64,000 nucleotides of DNA from a phage: sequence record PZ019084.1. One strand, given 5' to 3'. The notes beneath the pieces were generated by a model that ran no database searches, had not been told where the DNA came from, and saw only the letters and a list, made by a program, of their open reading frames with translations. Positions 14,444 to 25,538 of this stretch are shown piece after piece. The first letter of the stretch is position 1; every line of letters starts with the position of its first letter. Made by a program: the position numbers and the translations under genes.

Positions 14444-15124
14444 TTATTTTAATGTCACGAAAGAAGAGTTGCGTGTTTCACGAATTAAAACTGATCCGTC
14501 ACGGTTAATGTAATAAATTAAGCTAAATAAAGTTTGGTGTGCTGACGCGTGTTCAAAACTAGTTGGGTGAGATTTCCAATCCGGAGTTTCAGCAATCCAT
14601 TGATAAATCCACCAAGGAACAGTACAGAATCCTGGATTTTTTCCAATCAGCTGAAGATTCGGACTAAAGTTTTCCGGAAGAGTAAATACAGACGGCTTTT
14701 CAGATTCAATAATCTCAGCTACGGCCTGCTCGAATTTTTCTTCAACAAAAGGAGTATCTTCAATCAAAACATCGGTATTTTCAGGAATTTTATCCTTTTC
14801 TACTACTTCAATTTTAATGTCAGATTTAACCGGAGAATCAATCAGAAGTGCTGCTTCTGGATTGACTTCTTCATCGTCATATTTTAATCCTTCTGCAGCA
14901 TCAGCAGCATTAATTAAGTCTTTAATAGATAACCCATCAGTCTCTGGCATAGGTTCACTAGCGAGCTTCTGGAGGGCTTCTTCAATATCAACAACGATAT
15001 TATCAAAAGATTTATTCTTTTTGACCTTTATACCAAACTGTTCAGCATATTCAGCTAATTTAGCTTTAGCTTCTTTATTATCATCAAGAGCCTTCAGCTC
15101 TGCAATATAATCTTTATCTATCAT
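14444..15124 (-). CDS. inh: inhibitor of prohead protease gp21, 226 aa
   Basis: Length and position match T4 inh (hoc.1), next to hoc. Confidence 0.8.
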   Translation of the reverse strand: MIDKDYIAELKALDDNKEAKAKLAEYAEQFGIKVKKNKSFDNIVVDIEEALQKLASEPMPETDGLSIKDLINAADAAEGLKYDDEEVNPEAALLIDSPVKSDIKIEVVEKDKIPENTDVLIEDTPFVEEKFEQAVAEIIESEKPSVFTLPENFSPNLQLIGKNPGFCTVPWWIYQWIAETPDWKSHPTSFEHASAHQTLFSLIYYINRDGSVLIRETRNSSFVTLK

Positions 15125-15137
15125 AATATTTCCTCAG

Positions 15138-15145
15138 TATAAATA
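15138..15145 (+). promoter_or_regulatory. late promoter TATAAATA upstream of uvsW
   Basis: Exact TATAAATA 30 nt before ATG 15175. Confidence 0.55.
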
Positions 15146-15174
15146 TAGATATATTTATTACATGGTATTTAGAC

Positions 15175-16686
15175 ATGACTGACATTAAAGTACATTTTTA
15201 TGATTTTAGTCACGTGAGAATTGATTGTGAAGAAAGTACATTTCATGAACTCCGTGATTTCTTTAGCTTTGAAGCTGATGGGTATCGTTTTAATCCGAAG
15301 TACAAATATGGCCACTGGGATGGACGAATCCGTCTTTTAGATTATAATCGCCTTCTTCCATTCGGCTTAGTCGGACAAATTAAAAAGTTCTGCGATAACT
15401 TTGGATATAAAGCTTGGATTGACCCGCAAATTAACGAAAAAGAAGAATTATCAAGAAAAGATTTTGATGAATGGCTTTCTAAGTTAGAAATCTATTCAGG
15501 AAATAAAAGAATTGAACCGCATTGGTATCAAAAAGATGCAGTGTTCGAAGGATTAGTTAATCGTCGTAGAATTCTTAATCTTCCAACATCCGCAGGTAAA
15601 TCTTTAATTCAAGCTTTGCTTGCACGTTATTATTTGGAAAATTATGAAGGTAAAATTCTTATCATTGTTCCAACAACTGCTCTGACAACTCAGATGGCTG
15701 ATGACTTTGTTGACTATCGTTTATTCAGTCATGCAATGATAAAGAAAATCGGTGGTGGAGCATCAAAAGATGATAAATATAAAAATGATGCACCAGTCGT
15801 TGTTGGTACATGGCAAACTGTAGTAAAACAACCAAAAGAATGGTTCTCACAGTTTGGAATGATGATGAATGATGAATGCCATCTTGCTACAGGAAAAAGT
15901 ATTTCATCTATCATATCAGGTTTAAATAACTGTATGTTCAAATTCGGTTTGTCTGGTTCATTACGCGATGGCAAAGCCAATATCATGCAGTATGTTGGAA
16001 TGTTTGGTGAAATATTTAAGCCAGTAACGACTTCTAAATTAATGGAAGATGGACAAGTAACTGAGTTAAAAATTAATAGTATTTTTCTTCGCTATCCCGA
16101 TGAGTTCACTACTAAATTAAAGGGAAAAACTTACCAAGAAGAAATAAAAATTATTACTGGGCTTAGTAAAAGAAATAAATGGATCGCTAAATTAGCTATT
16201 AAGCTTGCACAAAAAGATGAAAACGCTTTTGTCATGTTTAAACACGTATCGCACGGTAAAGCTATTTTCGATTTAATTAAAAATGAATACGATAAAGTTT
16301 ATTACGTATCAGGGGAAGTTGATACCGAAACACGCAACGTAATGAAAACCTTAGCTGAAAATGGTAAAGGAATAATTATAGTAGCTAGTTATGGTGTATT
16401 TTCTACTGGTATTTCAGTTAAAAATCTGCATCACGTTGTTTTAGCACACGGTGTTAAATCTAAAATTATTGTATTGCAAACAATAGGTCGCGTATTACGT
16501 AAGCATGGTTCCAAAACAATCGCAACAGTCTGGGACCTCATAGATGATTGTGGTGTTAAGCCAAAATCTGCTAATACGAAAAAGAAATATGTTCATTTGA
16601 ACTATCTTTTAAAACACGGCATTGATCGTATTCAGCGCTACGCAGATGAAAAATTTAATTACGTAATGAAAACAGTTAATTTATAA
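15175..16686 (+). CDS. uvsW: UvsW RNA-DNA/DNA-DNA helicase (SF2), 503 aa
   Basis: Walker A PTSAGKS and a DECH box (NDECH). Length matches T4 UvsW. Confidence 0.93.
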   Translation: MTDIKVHFYDFSHVRIDCEESTFHELRDFFSFEADGYRFNPKYKYGHWDGRIRLLDYNRLLPFGLVGQIKKFCDNFGYKAWIDPQINEKEELSRKDFDEWLSKLEIYSGNKRIEPHWYQKDAVFEGLVNRRRILNLPTSAGKSLIQALLARYYLENYEGKILIIVPTTALTTQMADDFVDYRLFSHAMIKKIGGGASKDDKYKNDAPVVVGTWQTVVKQPKEWFSQFGMMMNDECHLATGKSISSIISGLNNCMFKFGLSGSLRDGKANIMQYVGMFGEIFKPVTTSKLMEDGQVTELKINSIFLRYPDEFTTKLKGKTYQEEIKIITGLSKRNKWIAKLAIKLAQKDENAFVMFKHVSHGKAIFDLIKNEYDKVYYVSGEVDTETRNVMKTLAENGKGIIIVASYGVFSTGISVKNLHHVVLAHGVKSKIIVLQTIGRVLRKHGSKTIATVWDLIDDCGVKPKSANTKKKYVHLNYLLKHGIDRIQRYADEKFNYVMKTVNL

Positions 16687-16711
16687 GGGCTTCGGCCCTT
16701 TGGAGAAAAAG

Positions 16712-16942
16712 ATGTTACTAGAATTTAAACAATTTCTTTATGAAGCTTCTATTGATGAATTTATGGGTAAAATTGCCTCTTGTCAAACATTAGAAGGTTT
16801 AGAAGAACTTGAAGCTTATTACAAGAAAAGAGTTAAAGAAACTGAATTAAAAGATACTGATGACATCTCTGTAAGAGATGCTTTGGCAGGAAAAAGAGCT
16901 GAATTAGAAGATTCAGACGATGAAGTAGAAGAAAGCTTTTAA
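16712..16942 (+). CDS. uvsW.1: UvsW.1 small acidic protein, 76 aa
   Basis: The track ORF begins at TTG 16700. ATG 16712 follows a GGAGA RBS. Confidence 0.75.
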   Translation: MLLEFKQFLYEASIDEFMGKIASCQTLEGLEELEAYYKKRVKETELKDTDDISVRDALAGKRAELEDSDDEVEESF

Positions 16943-16997
16943 ATTAAAAAAGGCCCAACCAAAAAGGAAGGGCCAAAACTATAGACTAAAGGTCACA

Positions 16998-17165
16998 CTA
17001 TAGCAAAAGTTGTGTTTCATTTAATTGTTCTTCCGAACTTTCTGAAACTGGTAGTTCTTTAATGTAATTATAACAAGGCCCAGGATGTACAGGACCTTTG
17101 TCTGTTTCAACAACCAATGCAGAATCGATTGGAGTTTTACAGACAACACAAATCTTATCTGACAT
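16998..17165 (-). CDS. uvsY.-2: 55-aa Cys-containing small protein (uvsY.-2 position)
   Basis: Below the 60-aa track cutoff and found by hand. GAGGAG RBS then ATG. Translation is MSDKICVVCKTPIDSALVVETDKGPVHPGPCYNYIKELPVSESSEEQLNETQLLL, with CxxC...C suggesting a zinc-ribbon-like fold. Confidence 0.6.
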   Translation of the reverse strand: MSDKICVVCKTPIDSALVVETDKGPVHPGPCYNYIKELPVSESSEEQLNETQLLL

Positions 17166-17193
17166 GATTGTCTCCTCTAAATTATATATCTAT

Positions 17194-17418
17194 TTATATA
17201 ACTCTCATATGCATATCAATGCCCATATCTTTAGAATAAAAATATTCATCAAGATATCCGGCAAATTTTCCTTTAATATAAAGTACATCTTCACCGCATG
17301 GGTGGTCGGCCAGGATACGAATATCCTGACGCTTGAGATTATACTTTTTCATTAAGAATTGAATTTCCGTTTCGAATTCTTCTTCATAATTAAAAGCATC
17401 ATCAATGCTATATCTCAT
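17194..17418 (-). CDS. uvsY.-1: hypothetical protein (uvsY.-1 position), 74 aa
   Basis: ORF coupled to the uvsY stop, in synteny with T4. Confidence 0.7.
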   Translation of the reverse strand: MRYSIDDAFNYEEEFETEIQFLMKKYNLKRQDIRILADHPCGEDVLYIKGKFAGYLDEYFYSKDMGIDMHMRVI

Positions 17419-17831
17419 TATTTTCCAGCCTCAAATGCTCGCATGTCTTGAATATGTTTAATAGCAAATCCGCGTGATTTAATAGCATCAAGAGCTCCGC
17501 TACAGAAATCCAATAAAATTCCCCAATATTGCAATGAAGTATCAACTTTTAAAACATCCTTATCAGCTGATAGAACTGTCTTCATTTCTGATTTCTCATA
17601 ACGGTCCATACTAAATTCATCACCATCTCCTCGTCCCGAGTAGTAGTCTAATTTAGCTTTAAGAGCAACTTTTTTCTGCGCGTCAATTCTAAGCATTTCC
17701 TTTTTAATACTTGAATGCTTATTAAGCCATTTACTATATAACATCACATTATTAGCTGCTTCATACTGTAATTTAGTCGAATCTATAAACACATCTTTCT
17801 TCAATTCTTCTTGAAGATCTTCTAATTTCAT
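17418..17831 (-). CDS. uvsY: UvsY recombination mediator, 137 aa
   Basis: Length and sequence match T4 UvsY. Confidence 0.93.
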   Translation of the reverse strand: MKLEDLQEELKKDVFIDSTKLQYEAANNVMLYSKWLNKHSSIKKEMLRIDAQKKVALKAKLDYYSGRGDGDEFSMDRYEKSEMKTVLSADKDVLKVDTSLQYWGILLDFCSGALDAIKSRGFAIKHIQDMRAFEAGK

Positions 17832-17871
17832 ATTGTTCTCTATTCAATTGTTATTGGATGGACTTAGATTC

Positions 17872-17900
17872 ATTATACCACGTTTATACGTGAAGCATTA
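17872..17900 (-). promoter_or_regulatory. MotA-dependent middle promoter of uvsY, the promoter element of replication origin ori(uvsY)/oriF in T4
   Basis: Minus strand reads TAATGCTTCA-N13-TATAAT. TGCTT sits 15 nt upstream of the -10 element, the canonical MotA-box spacing. Confidence 0.75.
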
Positions 17901-18296
17901 TACTCTGTTACTGGAAGCTAGTTGCAGTTTTATCTGCTCAATATCATCAGGGTTATCGATGACCGAAAAGCGTATTTCTACTATCAGAGTATAATCATCA
18001 TAAACTGGTATTACATTAACTGCTAATTTATCAATACGTGGCTCGTAGTTTCTTACTGCGCTTTCAATGTTACGCTCAACAGTATCAGCAGTAAGAGGAG
18101 TCATATTCTCAAAAAGCTGGTCAGATAAATCACATCCAAATTCCGGGTCAAATGGTCTCGACCCTTTTCTGGTTGTAATAATTCCCAAAAGGCTATTTTT
18201 AATTGACCTTAATCCAAGGGATCTAGAAACATCTTTGTCCCAATCCATTTTCATTTCTGGGTCAATGTCAGAATAAAGCTTATTAATATTTGCCAT
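17898..18296 (-). CDS. 25: baseplate wedge subunit, 132 aa
   Basis: Length and sequence match T4 gp25 (GPW/gp25 family). Confidence 0.92.
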   Translation of the reverse strand: MANINKLYSDIDPEMKMDWDKDVSRSLGLRSIKNSLLGIITTRKGSRPFDPEFGCDLSDQLFENMTPLTADTVERNIESAVRNYEPRIDKLAVNVIPVYDDYTLIVEIRFSVIDNPDDIEQIKLQLASSNRV

Positions 18297-18922
18297 TACA
18301 ATAGCTCAAAGAATTCTTTGAGTCCTCTTATTACATGAGCGTGAGTTTTTCCACACTCTGGACACTTAATTGGAACAGCCAAATAAACAGTAGGCTTTAA
18401 AAGCATATCTTTTATAGCTACAATATCTGACTCTGTGATGATAGAATATAAATCTTCCAACTCTTTTTCATTCAAGTCTTCAATTGGAATGCTTTCACCG
18501 TTAGCATGAATCGTTTCTATACATGATACTATCATGTGGGCTATATTTTTATCATCAAAAATTTTAGGGTAATGGAACTTAATTTTAATGTCACCCAGTG
18601 TATACCAGAGGTCTTCTGGTGCATCTATTTGCGTATGTAATAGATTTATATGGGTTGGTATTTCAGTTCCACAGGTGCACTTCCAGGAGTTTTCATGATT
18701 AACTTCTCCAAGAGAATGCGCCCATAAATGAATCAACAATAGTTCTGATTCTTGGCGGTTTAAATCTTTTGCATTTGTACAGTCTTTAATTAGCTTTTTA
18801 ACGATCTCTTCTACTGAACCGTTCTTTTTAGCAGTAATAAGTTCTAGATATTCTTTAAGAGTAAATGCGCGACAGTTGATTATTTTAGAACCAACTCTCA
18901 CATCAAATTTGTATTCATACAT
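18296..18922 (-). CDS. 26: baseplate hub subunit, 208 aa
   Basis: Length and position match T4 gp26. Cys pairs CTCGT...CPECG. Confidence 0.88.
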   Translation of the reverse strand: MYEYKFDVRVGSKIINCRAFTLKEYLELITAKKNGSVEEIVKKLIKDCTNAKDLNRQESELLLIHLWAHSLGEVNHENSWKCTCGTEIPTHINLLHTQIDAPEDLWYTLGDIKIKFHYPKIFDDKNIAHMIVSCIETIHANGESIPIEDLNEKELEDLYSIITESDIVAIKDMLLKPTVYLAVPIKCPECGKTHAHVIRGLKEFFELL

Positions 18923-18943
18923 ATTTAGCTCCTTTATTTATCA

Positions 18944-18955
18944 TATTTATAAATA
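18944..18955. promoter_or_regulatory. back-to-back divergent late promoters for genes 26 and 51
   Basis: The palindrome TATTTATAAATA contains TATAAATA on both strands (plus 18948-18955, minus 18944-18951). Confidence 0.6.
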
Positions 18956-18972
18956 GAATAAAAGGAGCATCT

Positions 18973-19722
18973 ATGGCAAACATTATTCGTTGTAAATTAC
19001 CAGATGGTGTTCATCGTTTTAAACCATTTACGGTAGAAGATTATCGAGATTTTTTGTTAGTTCGAAACGATATAGAACATCGGTCACCACAAGAACAAAA
19101 AGAAATAATTGCTGATTTAATTGCCGATTATTTTGGAGACTATCCGAAGACTTGGCAACCATTTATATTTTTGCAGGTATTTGTAGGGTCAATAGGTAAA
19201 ACTAAAGTACCGGTCACATTTGTGTGTCCAAAATGTAAAAAAGAAAAGACAGTTCCATTTGAAATATATCAAAAAGAATTAAAGGAACCTGTTTTTGACG
19301 TAGCTAATGTTAAAATTAAATTAAAGTTTCCTTCTGAGTTTTATGAAAATAAAGCAAAGATGATTACTGAAAATATTCATTCTGTTCAAGTAGATGAAAT
19401 TTGGTATGATTGGAAGGAAATTAGTGAATCAAGTCAAATAGAACTTGTTGATGCCATCGAGATAGAAACATTAGAAAAAATTCTTGATGCAATGAATCCT
19501 ATTAATTTAACATTGCATATGTCATGTTGTAATAAGTATGTAAAAAAATACACTGATATAGTAGATGTGTTTAAGCTATTAGTTAACCCAGATGAGATAT
19601 TTACTTTTTATCAAATCAATCACACGCTCGTAAAAAGTAATTATAGCTTAAATTCAATAATGAAAATGATTCCTGCCGAGCGCGGATTCGTATTAAAACT
19701 GATTGAGAAGGATAAACAATAA
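18973..19722 (+). CDS. 51: baseplate hub assembly catalyst, 249 aa
   Basis: Length and position match T4 gp51. Confidence 0.88.
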   Translation: MANIIRCKLPDGVHRFKPFTVEDYRDFLLVRNDIEHRSPQEQKEIIADLIADYFGDYPKTWQPFIFLQVFVGSIGKTKVPVTFVCPKCKKEKTVPFEIYQKELKEPVFDVANVKIKLKFPSEFYENKAKMITENIHSVQVDEIWYDWKEISESSQIELVDAIEIETLEKILDAMNPINLTLHMSCCNKYVKKYTDIVDVFKLLVNPDEIFTFYQINHTLVKSNYSLNSIMKMIPAERGFVLKLIEKDKQ

Positions 19723-20897
19723 TGAGTATGTTGCAACGCCCTGGATATCCAAATCTCAGCGTTAAATTATTTGATAGCTACGACGCTTGGAGTAATAATA
19801 GATTTGTTGAATTAGCTGCTACTATTACCACATTAACTATGCGGGATTCTCTTTATGGCCGAAATGAAGGAATGCTGCAGTTTTATGATTCTAAAAATAT
19901 CCATACAAAAATGGATGGAAATGAAATAATTCAAATTTCTGTAGCTAATGCAAACGATATTAATAATGTTAAAACAAGAATTTATGGATGTAAGCATTTT
20001 TCCGTGTCAGTAGATTCAAAGGGTGATAACATCATTGCTATTGAATTGGGAACTATTCATTCTATAGAAAATCTTAAATTTGGCAGACCGTTTTTCCCTG
20101 ATGCAGGTGAATCTATAAAGGAAATGCTTGGTGTCATTTATCAGGATCGCACGTTATTAACTCCAGCAATAAATGCTATAAATGCTTATGTTCCTGATAT
20201 TCCGTGGACTAGTACATTTGAAAATTATTTGTCCTATGTAAGAGAAGTTGGTCTAGCTGTAGGAAGCGACAAATTTGTATTTGTGTGGCAAGACATCATG
20301 GGAGTTAACATGATGGACTATGATATGATGATAAATCAAGAACCATATCCAATGATTGTCGGTGAGCCATCTTTAATAGGTCAATTCATCCAAGAATTAA
20401 AATATCCATTAGCATATGATTTCGTTTGGTTGACTAAATCAAATCCTCACAAACGTGACCCAATGAAAAACGCTACTATCTATGCTCATTCATTTTTAGA
20501 TTCTTCATTGCCAATGATTACTACAGGAAAGGGCGAAAACTCTATTGTAGTATCAAGGTCAGGTGCTTATTCTGAAATGACTTATAGGAATGGATATGAA
20601 GAAGCTATTCGTCTTCAAACTATGGCACAATATGATGGCTATGCTAAATGTTCTACTGTCGGTAATTTTAACTTGACTCCTGGCGTTAAAATTATTTTTA
20701 ATGATAGTAAAAACCAATTTAAAACAGAATTTTACGTTGATGAAGTTATCCATGAATTATCCAATAATAATTCAGTAACTCATCTATATATGTTCACTAA
20801 TGCAACGAAACTGGAAACAATAGACCCAGTTAAGGTTAAAAATGAATTTAAATCTGATACTACCACTGAAGAAAGTAGTTCTTCCAATAAGCAATAA
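19722..20897 (+). CDS. 27: baseplate hub subunit, 391 aa
   Basis: Length and sequence match T4 gp27. Confidence 0.92.
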   Translation: MSMLQRPGYPNLSVKLFDSYDAWSNNRFVELAATITTLTMRDSLYGRNEGMLQFYDSKNIHTKMDGNEIIQISVANANDINNVKTRIYGCKHFSVSVDSKGDNIIAIELGTIHSIENLKFGRPFFPDAGESIKEMLGVIYQDRTLLTPAINAINAYVPDIPWTSTFENYLSYVREVGLAVGSDKFVFVWQDIMGVNMMDYDMMINQEPYPMIVGEPSLIGQFIQELKYPLAYDFVWLTKSNPHKRDPMKNATIYAHSFLDSSLPMITTGKGENSIVVSRSGAYSEMTYRNGYEEAIRLQTMAQYDGYAKCSTVGNFNLTPGVKIIFNDSKNQFKTEFYVDEVIHELSNNNSVTHLYMFTNATKLETIDPVKVKNEFKSDTTTEESSSSNKQ

Positions 20898-21375
20898 AGA
20901 AGTTTCTATTCCTAAAATGGGTCTTAAACATTATAACATTTTAAAAGATGTTAAAGGTCCTGATGAAAATTTAAAACTTCTTATTGATTCTATTTGTCCG
21001 AATTTATCACCGGCAGAAGTTGATTTCGTTTCTATTCATTTATTGGAATTTAATGGAAAGATTAAATCTCGTAAAGAAATAGATGGCTATACTTATGACA
21101 TTAATGATGTTTATGTGTGCCAAAGATTAGAATTTCAATACCAAGGAAATACATTTTATTTTAGACCTCCTGGAAAATTTGAACAATTTTTAACTGTGAG
21201 CGATATGTTATCCAAATGCTTGCTTAAGGTCAACGATGAAGTTAAAGAAATTAATTTTCTTGAGATGCCAGCATTCGTTTTAAAATGGGCAAATGATATT
21301 TTTACAACTTTAGCAATTCCTGGCCCTAATGGTCCAATAACCGGAATTGGCAATATTATTGGATTATTTGAATGA
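20842..21375 (+). CDS. 28: baseplate distal hub subunit, 177 aa
   Basis: Length matches T4 gp28. It overlaps the 3' end of gene 27 by 56 nt, as in T4. Confidence 0.85.
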   Translation: MNLNLILPLKKVVLPISNKEVSIPKMGLKHYNILKDVKGPDENLKLLIDSICPNLSPAEVDFVSIHLLEFNGKIKSRKEIDGYTYDINDVYVCQRLEFQYQGNTFYFRPPGKFEQFLTVSDMLSKCLLKVNDEVKEINFLEMPAFVLKWANDIFTTLAIPGPNGPITGIGNIIGLFE

Positions 21376-23144
21376 AAAAGCCACAAGAAATGCAAACGAT
21401 GCGTAGAAAAGTTATTTCAGATAATAAACCAACACAGGAAGCGGCTAAATCCGCTTCCAACACTTTATCTGGACTTAATGATATATCTACGAAATTGGAT
21501 GATGCTCAAGCTGCTTCTGAATTAATTGCTCAAACTGTCGAAGAAAAATCGAATGAAATAATTGGAGCAATTGACAATGTAGAAAGCGCAGTGAGTGATA
21601 CTACTGCTGGTTCTGAGTTAATTGCTGAAACTGTCGAAATTGGCAACAATATTAATAAAGAAATCGGTGAATCGCTCGGGAGCAAATTAGATAAATTAAC
21701 AAGTTTACTAGAGCAAAAAATTCAGACAGCTGGAATTCAACAGACAGGAACCAGTTTAGCCACAGTTGAAAGCGCTATTCCTGTTAAAGTCGTTGAGGAT
21801 GATACTGCTGAATCTGTGGGTCCTTTATTACCGGCTCCTGAAGCAGTTAATAACGATCCTGACGCTGATTTTTTCCCTACTCCTCAGCCAGTTGAGCCAA
21901 AGCAAGAATCACCAGAAGAAAAACAGAAAAAAGACGCATTTAACTTAAAATTATCTCAAGCTTTAGATAAATTAACAAAGACTGTTGATTTCGGATTTAA
22001 AAAATCTATTTCAATTACTGATAAAATATCAAGCATGCTATTTAAGTATACCGTCAGTGCTGCTATTGAAGCTGCTAAAATGACTGCAATGATATTGGCT
22101 GTTGTTGTTGGAATAGATCTGCTGATGGTTCACTTTAAATATTGGTCAGATAAATTTTCGCAGGCTTGGGATTTGTTTAGTTCAAACTTTACTAAATTCT
22201 CTAGCGAAACCGGAACGTGGGGTCCTTTATTACAGAGCATCTTTAGTTCTATCGATGAAATTAAAAAATTCTGGGAAGAGGGAGATTGGGGCGGTTTGAC
22301 GGTAGCTATTGTAGAAGGGCTTGGAAAGGTTCTTTATAATTTAGGAGAACTTATTCAGCTTGGAATGGCTAAATTATCTGCTGCAATTCTTCGAGTCATT
22401 CCTGGCATGAAGGATACTGCAGATGAAGTAGAAGGAAGAGCACTAGAAAATTTCCAAAATTCTACTGGAGCATCTCTTAATAAAGAAGACCAGGAAAAAG
22501 TTGCAAATTATCAAGATAAACGAATGAATGGAGACCTTGGTCCGATAGCAAAAGGATTAGATAAAATTGCTAATTGGAAAACTCGTGCATCTAACTGGAT
22601 TCGTGGCGTTGATAATAAAGAAGCACTAACTACCGAAGAAGAACGTGCAGCAGAAGAAGAAAAATTAAAGCAACTTTCACCAGAAGAAAGAAAAAATGCT
22701 TTAATGAAGGCTAATGAAGCTCGGGCCGCGATGATTCGTTTTGAAAAATATGCTGATTCGGCTGATATGAGTAAAGACTCAACGGTTAAATCAGTTGAAG
22801 CTGCTTATGAAGACCTTAAAAAACGAATGGATGACCCGGATTTAAATAATTCACCGGCAGTTAAAAAAGAACTTGCTGCTAGATTTTCTAAAATTGATGC
22901 TACTTATCAAGAGCTCAAGAAAAATCAGCCTAATGCCAAACCTGAAACTTCGGCTAAATCACCTGAAGCGAAACAGGTTCAGGTGATTGAAAAGAACAAA
23001 GCACAGCAAGCTCCTGTTCAGCAAGCATCTCCTTCAATCAATAATACTAATAATGTTATTAAGAAAAATACTGTCGTTCATAATATGACACCCGTAACGA
23101 GTACGACTGCTCCTGGTGTATTTGATGCGACTGGAGTTAATTAA
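21372..23144 (+). CDS. 29: baseplate hub / tail length determinator (tape measure), 590 aa
   Basis: Length and position match T4 gp29. It has a central hydrophobic segment and coiled-coil composition. Confidence 0.9.
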   Translation: MKKPQEMQTMRRKVISDNKPTQEAAKSASNTLSGLNDISTKLDDAQAASELIAQTVEEKSNEIIGAIDNVESAVSDTTAGSELIAETVEIGNNINKEIGESLGSKLDKLTSLLEQKIQTAGIQQTGTSLATVESAIPVKVVEDDTAESVGPLLPAPEAVNNDPDADFFPTPQPVEPKQESPEEKQKKDAFNLKLSQALDKLTKTVDFGFKKSISITDKISSMLFKYTVSAAIEAAKMTAMILAVVVGIDLLMVHFKYWSDKFSQAWDLFSSNFTKFSSETGTWGPLLQSIFSSIDEIKKFWEEGDWGGLTVAIVEGLGKVLYNLGELIQLGMAKLSAAILRVIPGMKDTADEVEGRALENFQNSTGASLNKEDQEKVANYQDKRMNGDLGPIAKGLDKIANWKTRASNWIRGVDNKEALTTEEERAAEEEKLKQLSPEERKNALMKANEARAAMIRFEKYADSADMSKDSTVKSVEAAYEDLKKRMDDPDLNNSPAVKKELAARFSKIDATYQELKKNQPNAKPETSAKSPEAKQVQVIEKNKAQQAPVQQASPSINNTNNVIKKNTVVHNMTPVTSTTAPGVFDATGVN

Positions 23145-23152
23145 GGAATAAT

Positions 23153-24247
23153 ATGGCAATTGTTAAAGAAATAACTGCTGATTTAATTAAAAAATCCGGT
23201 GAGACAATTTCAGCCGGACAAAGCACTAAATCAGAAGTAGGAATTAAAACATACACAGCCCAGTTTCCAACTGGGCGTGCTAGTGGTAATGACACTACAG
23301 GGGACTTCCAGGTAACAGATCTATATAAGAATGGATTATTATTTACTGCATACAATATGTCATCTAGGGATTCTGGAAGTCTTAGATCGATGAGATCTAA
23401 CTACTCTTCTTCATCTTCGAGTATTTTACGTACAGCCAGAAACACTATCAGTAATACAGTATCAAAACTGTCAAATGGATTAATATCAGATAATAATTCA
23501 GGAACAATAAGTAAAGCCCCTGTTGCAAATATTCTTTTACCAAGATCTAAATCCGATGTTGATACATCATCACATAGATTTAATGATGTTCAAGAAAGTC
23601 TTATCAGCAGAGGCGGAGGTACTGCTACTGGTGTGTTAAGTAATATTGCTTCAACTGCAGTATTTGGGGCACTGGAAAGTATAACACAAGGTATAATGGC
23701 TGATAATAATGAACAGATTTATACGACAGCCAGAAGTATGTATGGTGGTGCTGAGAATAGAACTAAAGTGTTTACATGGGATTTGACTCCACGTTCAACA
23801 GAAGATTTGATGGCTATTATCAATATCTATCAATATTTTAACTATTTTTCTTATGGTGAAACGGGCAAATCTCAATATGCTGCTGAAATAAAGGGGTATT
23901 TAGATGATTGGTATCGTTCTACGTTAATTGAACCTTTATCTCCGGAAGACGCAGCTAAAAATAAAACACTATTTGAGAAAATGACATCGAGTTTAACTAA
24001 CGTTCTAGTAGTTTCAAACCCGACAATTTGGATGGTGAAAAACTTTGGTGCAACATCTAAGTTTGATGGAAAAACGGAAATATTTGGCCCATGCCAAATA
24101 CAAAGCATCAGATTTGATAAAACACCTAATGGTAACTTTAACGGATTAGCTATTGCTCCAAACCTCCCTAGTACATTTACTCTTGAGATTACTATGAGAG
24201 AAATTATCACGTTAAACCGTGCTTCTTTATATGCGGGGACTTTTTAA
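23153..24247 (+). CDS. 48: baseplate-tail tube junction protein, 364 aa
   Basis: Length and position match T4 gp48. Confidence 0.9.
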   Translation: MAIVKEITADLIKKSGETISAGQSTKSEVGIKTYTAQFPTGRASGNDTTGDFQVTDLYKNGLLFTAYNMSSRDSGSLRSMRSNYSSSSSSILRTARNTISNTVSKLSNGLISDNNSGTISKAPVANILLPRSKSDVDTSSHRFNDVQESLISRGGGTATGVLSNIASTAVFGALESITQGIMADNNEQIYTTARSMYGGAENRTKVFTWDLTPRSTEDLMAIINIYQYFNYFSYGETGKSQYAAEIKGYLDDWYRSTLIEPLSPEDAAKNKTLFEKMTSSLTNVLVVSNPTIWMVKNFGATSKFDGKTEIFGPCQIQSIRFDKTPNGNFNGLAIAPNLPSTFTLEITMREIITLNRASLYAGTF

Positions 24248-25212
24248 TGTATTCTTTAGAGGAATTTAATAATCAAGCAATAAACGCAGATTTTCAACGT
24301 AATAATATGTTTAGCTGCGTTTTTGCGACAACTCCATCAACTAAAAGCTCTTCGTTGATAAGCTCAATTAGCAACTTTTCTTATAATAACTTGGGCCTAA
24401 ATTCAGATTGGTTAGGATTAACCCAAGGTGATATTAATCAGGGAATTACAACGTTAATTACTGCTGGAACACAAAAACTGACAAGAAAATCAGGAGTCAG
24501 TAAATATCTAATTGGTGCAATGAGTCAACGTACAGTTCAAAGTTTATTGGGCTCATTTACAGTTGGTACATATTTAATTGACTTCTTTAACATGGCATAT
24601 AACTCATCTGGATTGATGATATACTCTGTAAAAATGCCAGAGAATAGATTATCTTATGAAACTGACTGGAACTATAATTCTCCTAATATTCGCATAACCG
24701 GGAGAGAATTAGACCCTTTGGTTATTTCATTTAGAATGGATTCAGAGTCGTGTAATTATCGTGCAATGCAAGACTGGGTCAATGCTGTTCAAGACCCAGT
24801 AACTGGATTACGTGCTCTGCCGCAAGATGTCGAGGCGGATATCCAAGTTAATCTTCATTCTCGTAATGGATTGCCTCATACTGCGGTGATGTTCACCGGA
24901 TGCATTCCAGTGTCAGTGAGCGCTCCTGAGTTATCATATGATGGAGATAACCAAATAACTACATTTGATGTTACTTTTGCGTATAGAGTCATGCAGGCTG
25001 GAGCAGTTGATAGACAAGCTGCGCTTGAATGGCTTGAATCTGCTGCTATAAATGGTATTCAAAGCTCTTCTGGAAATAATGGAGGTGTTACTGAACTATC
25101 TAGTTCGCTTTCACGACTTAGTAGATTAGGTGGAACTGCAGGAAGCATTTCAAACATTAATACTATGACAGGGATTGTCAATTCGCAGAGTAAAATATTA
25201 GGAGCAATATAA
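24247..25212 (+). CDS. 54: baseplate tail-tube initiator, 321 aa
   Basis: Length and position match T4 gp54. TAATG coupling to gene 48. Confidence 0.9.
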   Translation: MYSLEEFNNQAINADFQRNNMFSCVFATTPSTKSSSLISSISNFSYNNLGLNSDWLGLTQGDINQGITTLITAGTQKLTRKSGVSKYLIGAMSQRTVQSLLGSFTVGTYLIDFFNMAYNSSGLMIYSVKMPENRLSYETDWNYNSPNIRITGRELDPLVISFRMDSESCNYRAMQDWVNAVQDPVTGLRALPQDVEADIQVNLHSRNGLPHTAVMFTGCIPVSVSAPELSYDGDNQITTFDVTFAYRVMQAGAVDRQAALEWLESAAINGIQSSSGNNGGVTELSSSLSRLSRLGGTAGSISNINTMTGIVNSQSKILGAI

Positions 25213-25214
25213 CA

Positions 25215-25236
25215 ATGGGGACCTTTCGGTCCCCAT
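25215..25236. terminator. bidirectional terminator between gene 54 (+) and the minus-strand early block
   Basis: ATGGGGACC-tttc-GGTCCCCAT followed by GTTTTT. Confidence 0.7.
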
Positions 25237-25240
25237 GTTT

Positions 25241-25531
25241 TTATTTACGGAATGAAATGAAAGCAGCAACTGAAGCAACTAAACTGTCTTCAATATAAAC
25301 TTCAATTTTTACCGGAGCTTCTGACTCAAATTTACCTGTTACCACACCCTGAAAAATACTTTCAGTCTGTTCTGGCTTTGAAAAATTTTCAGAAGGAAAA
25401 ATTCCGAACTTTTTATCTGTTCCAAAAATTTTAATAAATTCATCGTAAACTGCTTCATTAAAAGCATTATCAGCAGGAATAACGCCTTCAACTACAAGTT
25501 CTTGACCTAAAAAGCGCAAAGAAGATTTCAT
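25241..25531 (-). CDS. hypothetical 96-aa protein (alt.-3 position)
   Basis: ORF with a GAGGA RBS, preceded by an early-promoter cassette. Confidence 0.65.
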   Translation of the reverse strand: MKSSLRFLGQELVVEGVIPADNAFNEAVYDEFIKIFGTDKKFGIFPSENFSKPEQTESIFQGVVTGKFESEAPVKIEVYIEDSLVASVAAFISFRK

Positions 25532-25538
25532 TTTGTGT

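Noticed and set aside
16950-16975. GGCCC...GGGCC pairing after uvsW.1 as a terminator
   Set aside because: It has only a 5-bp stem with a 13-nt loop, which is too weak to call.
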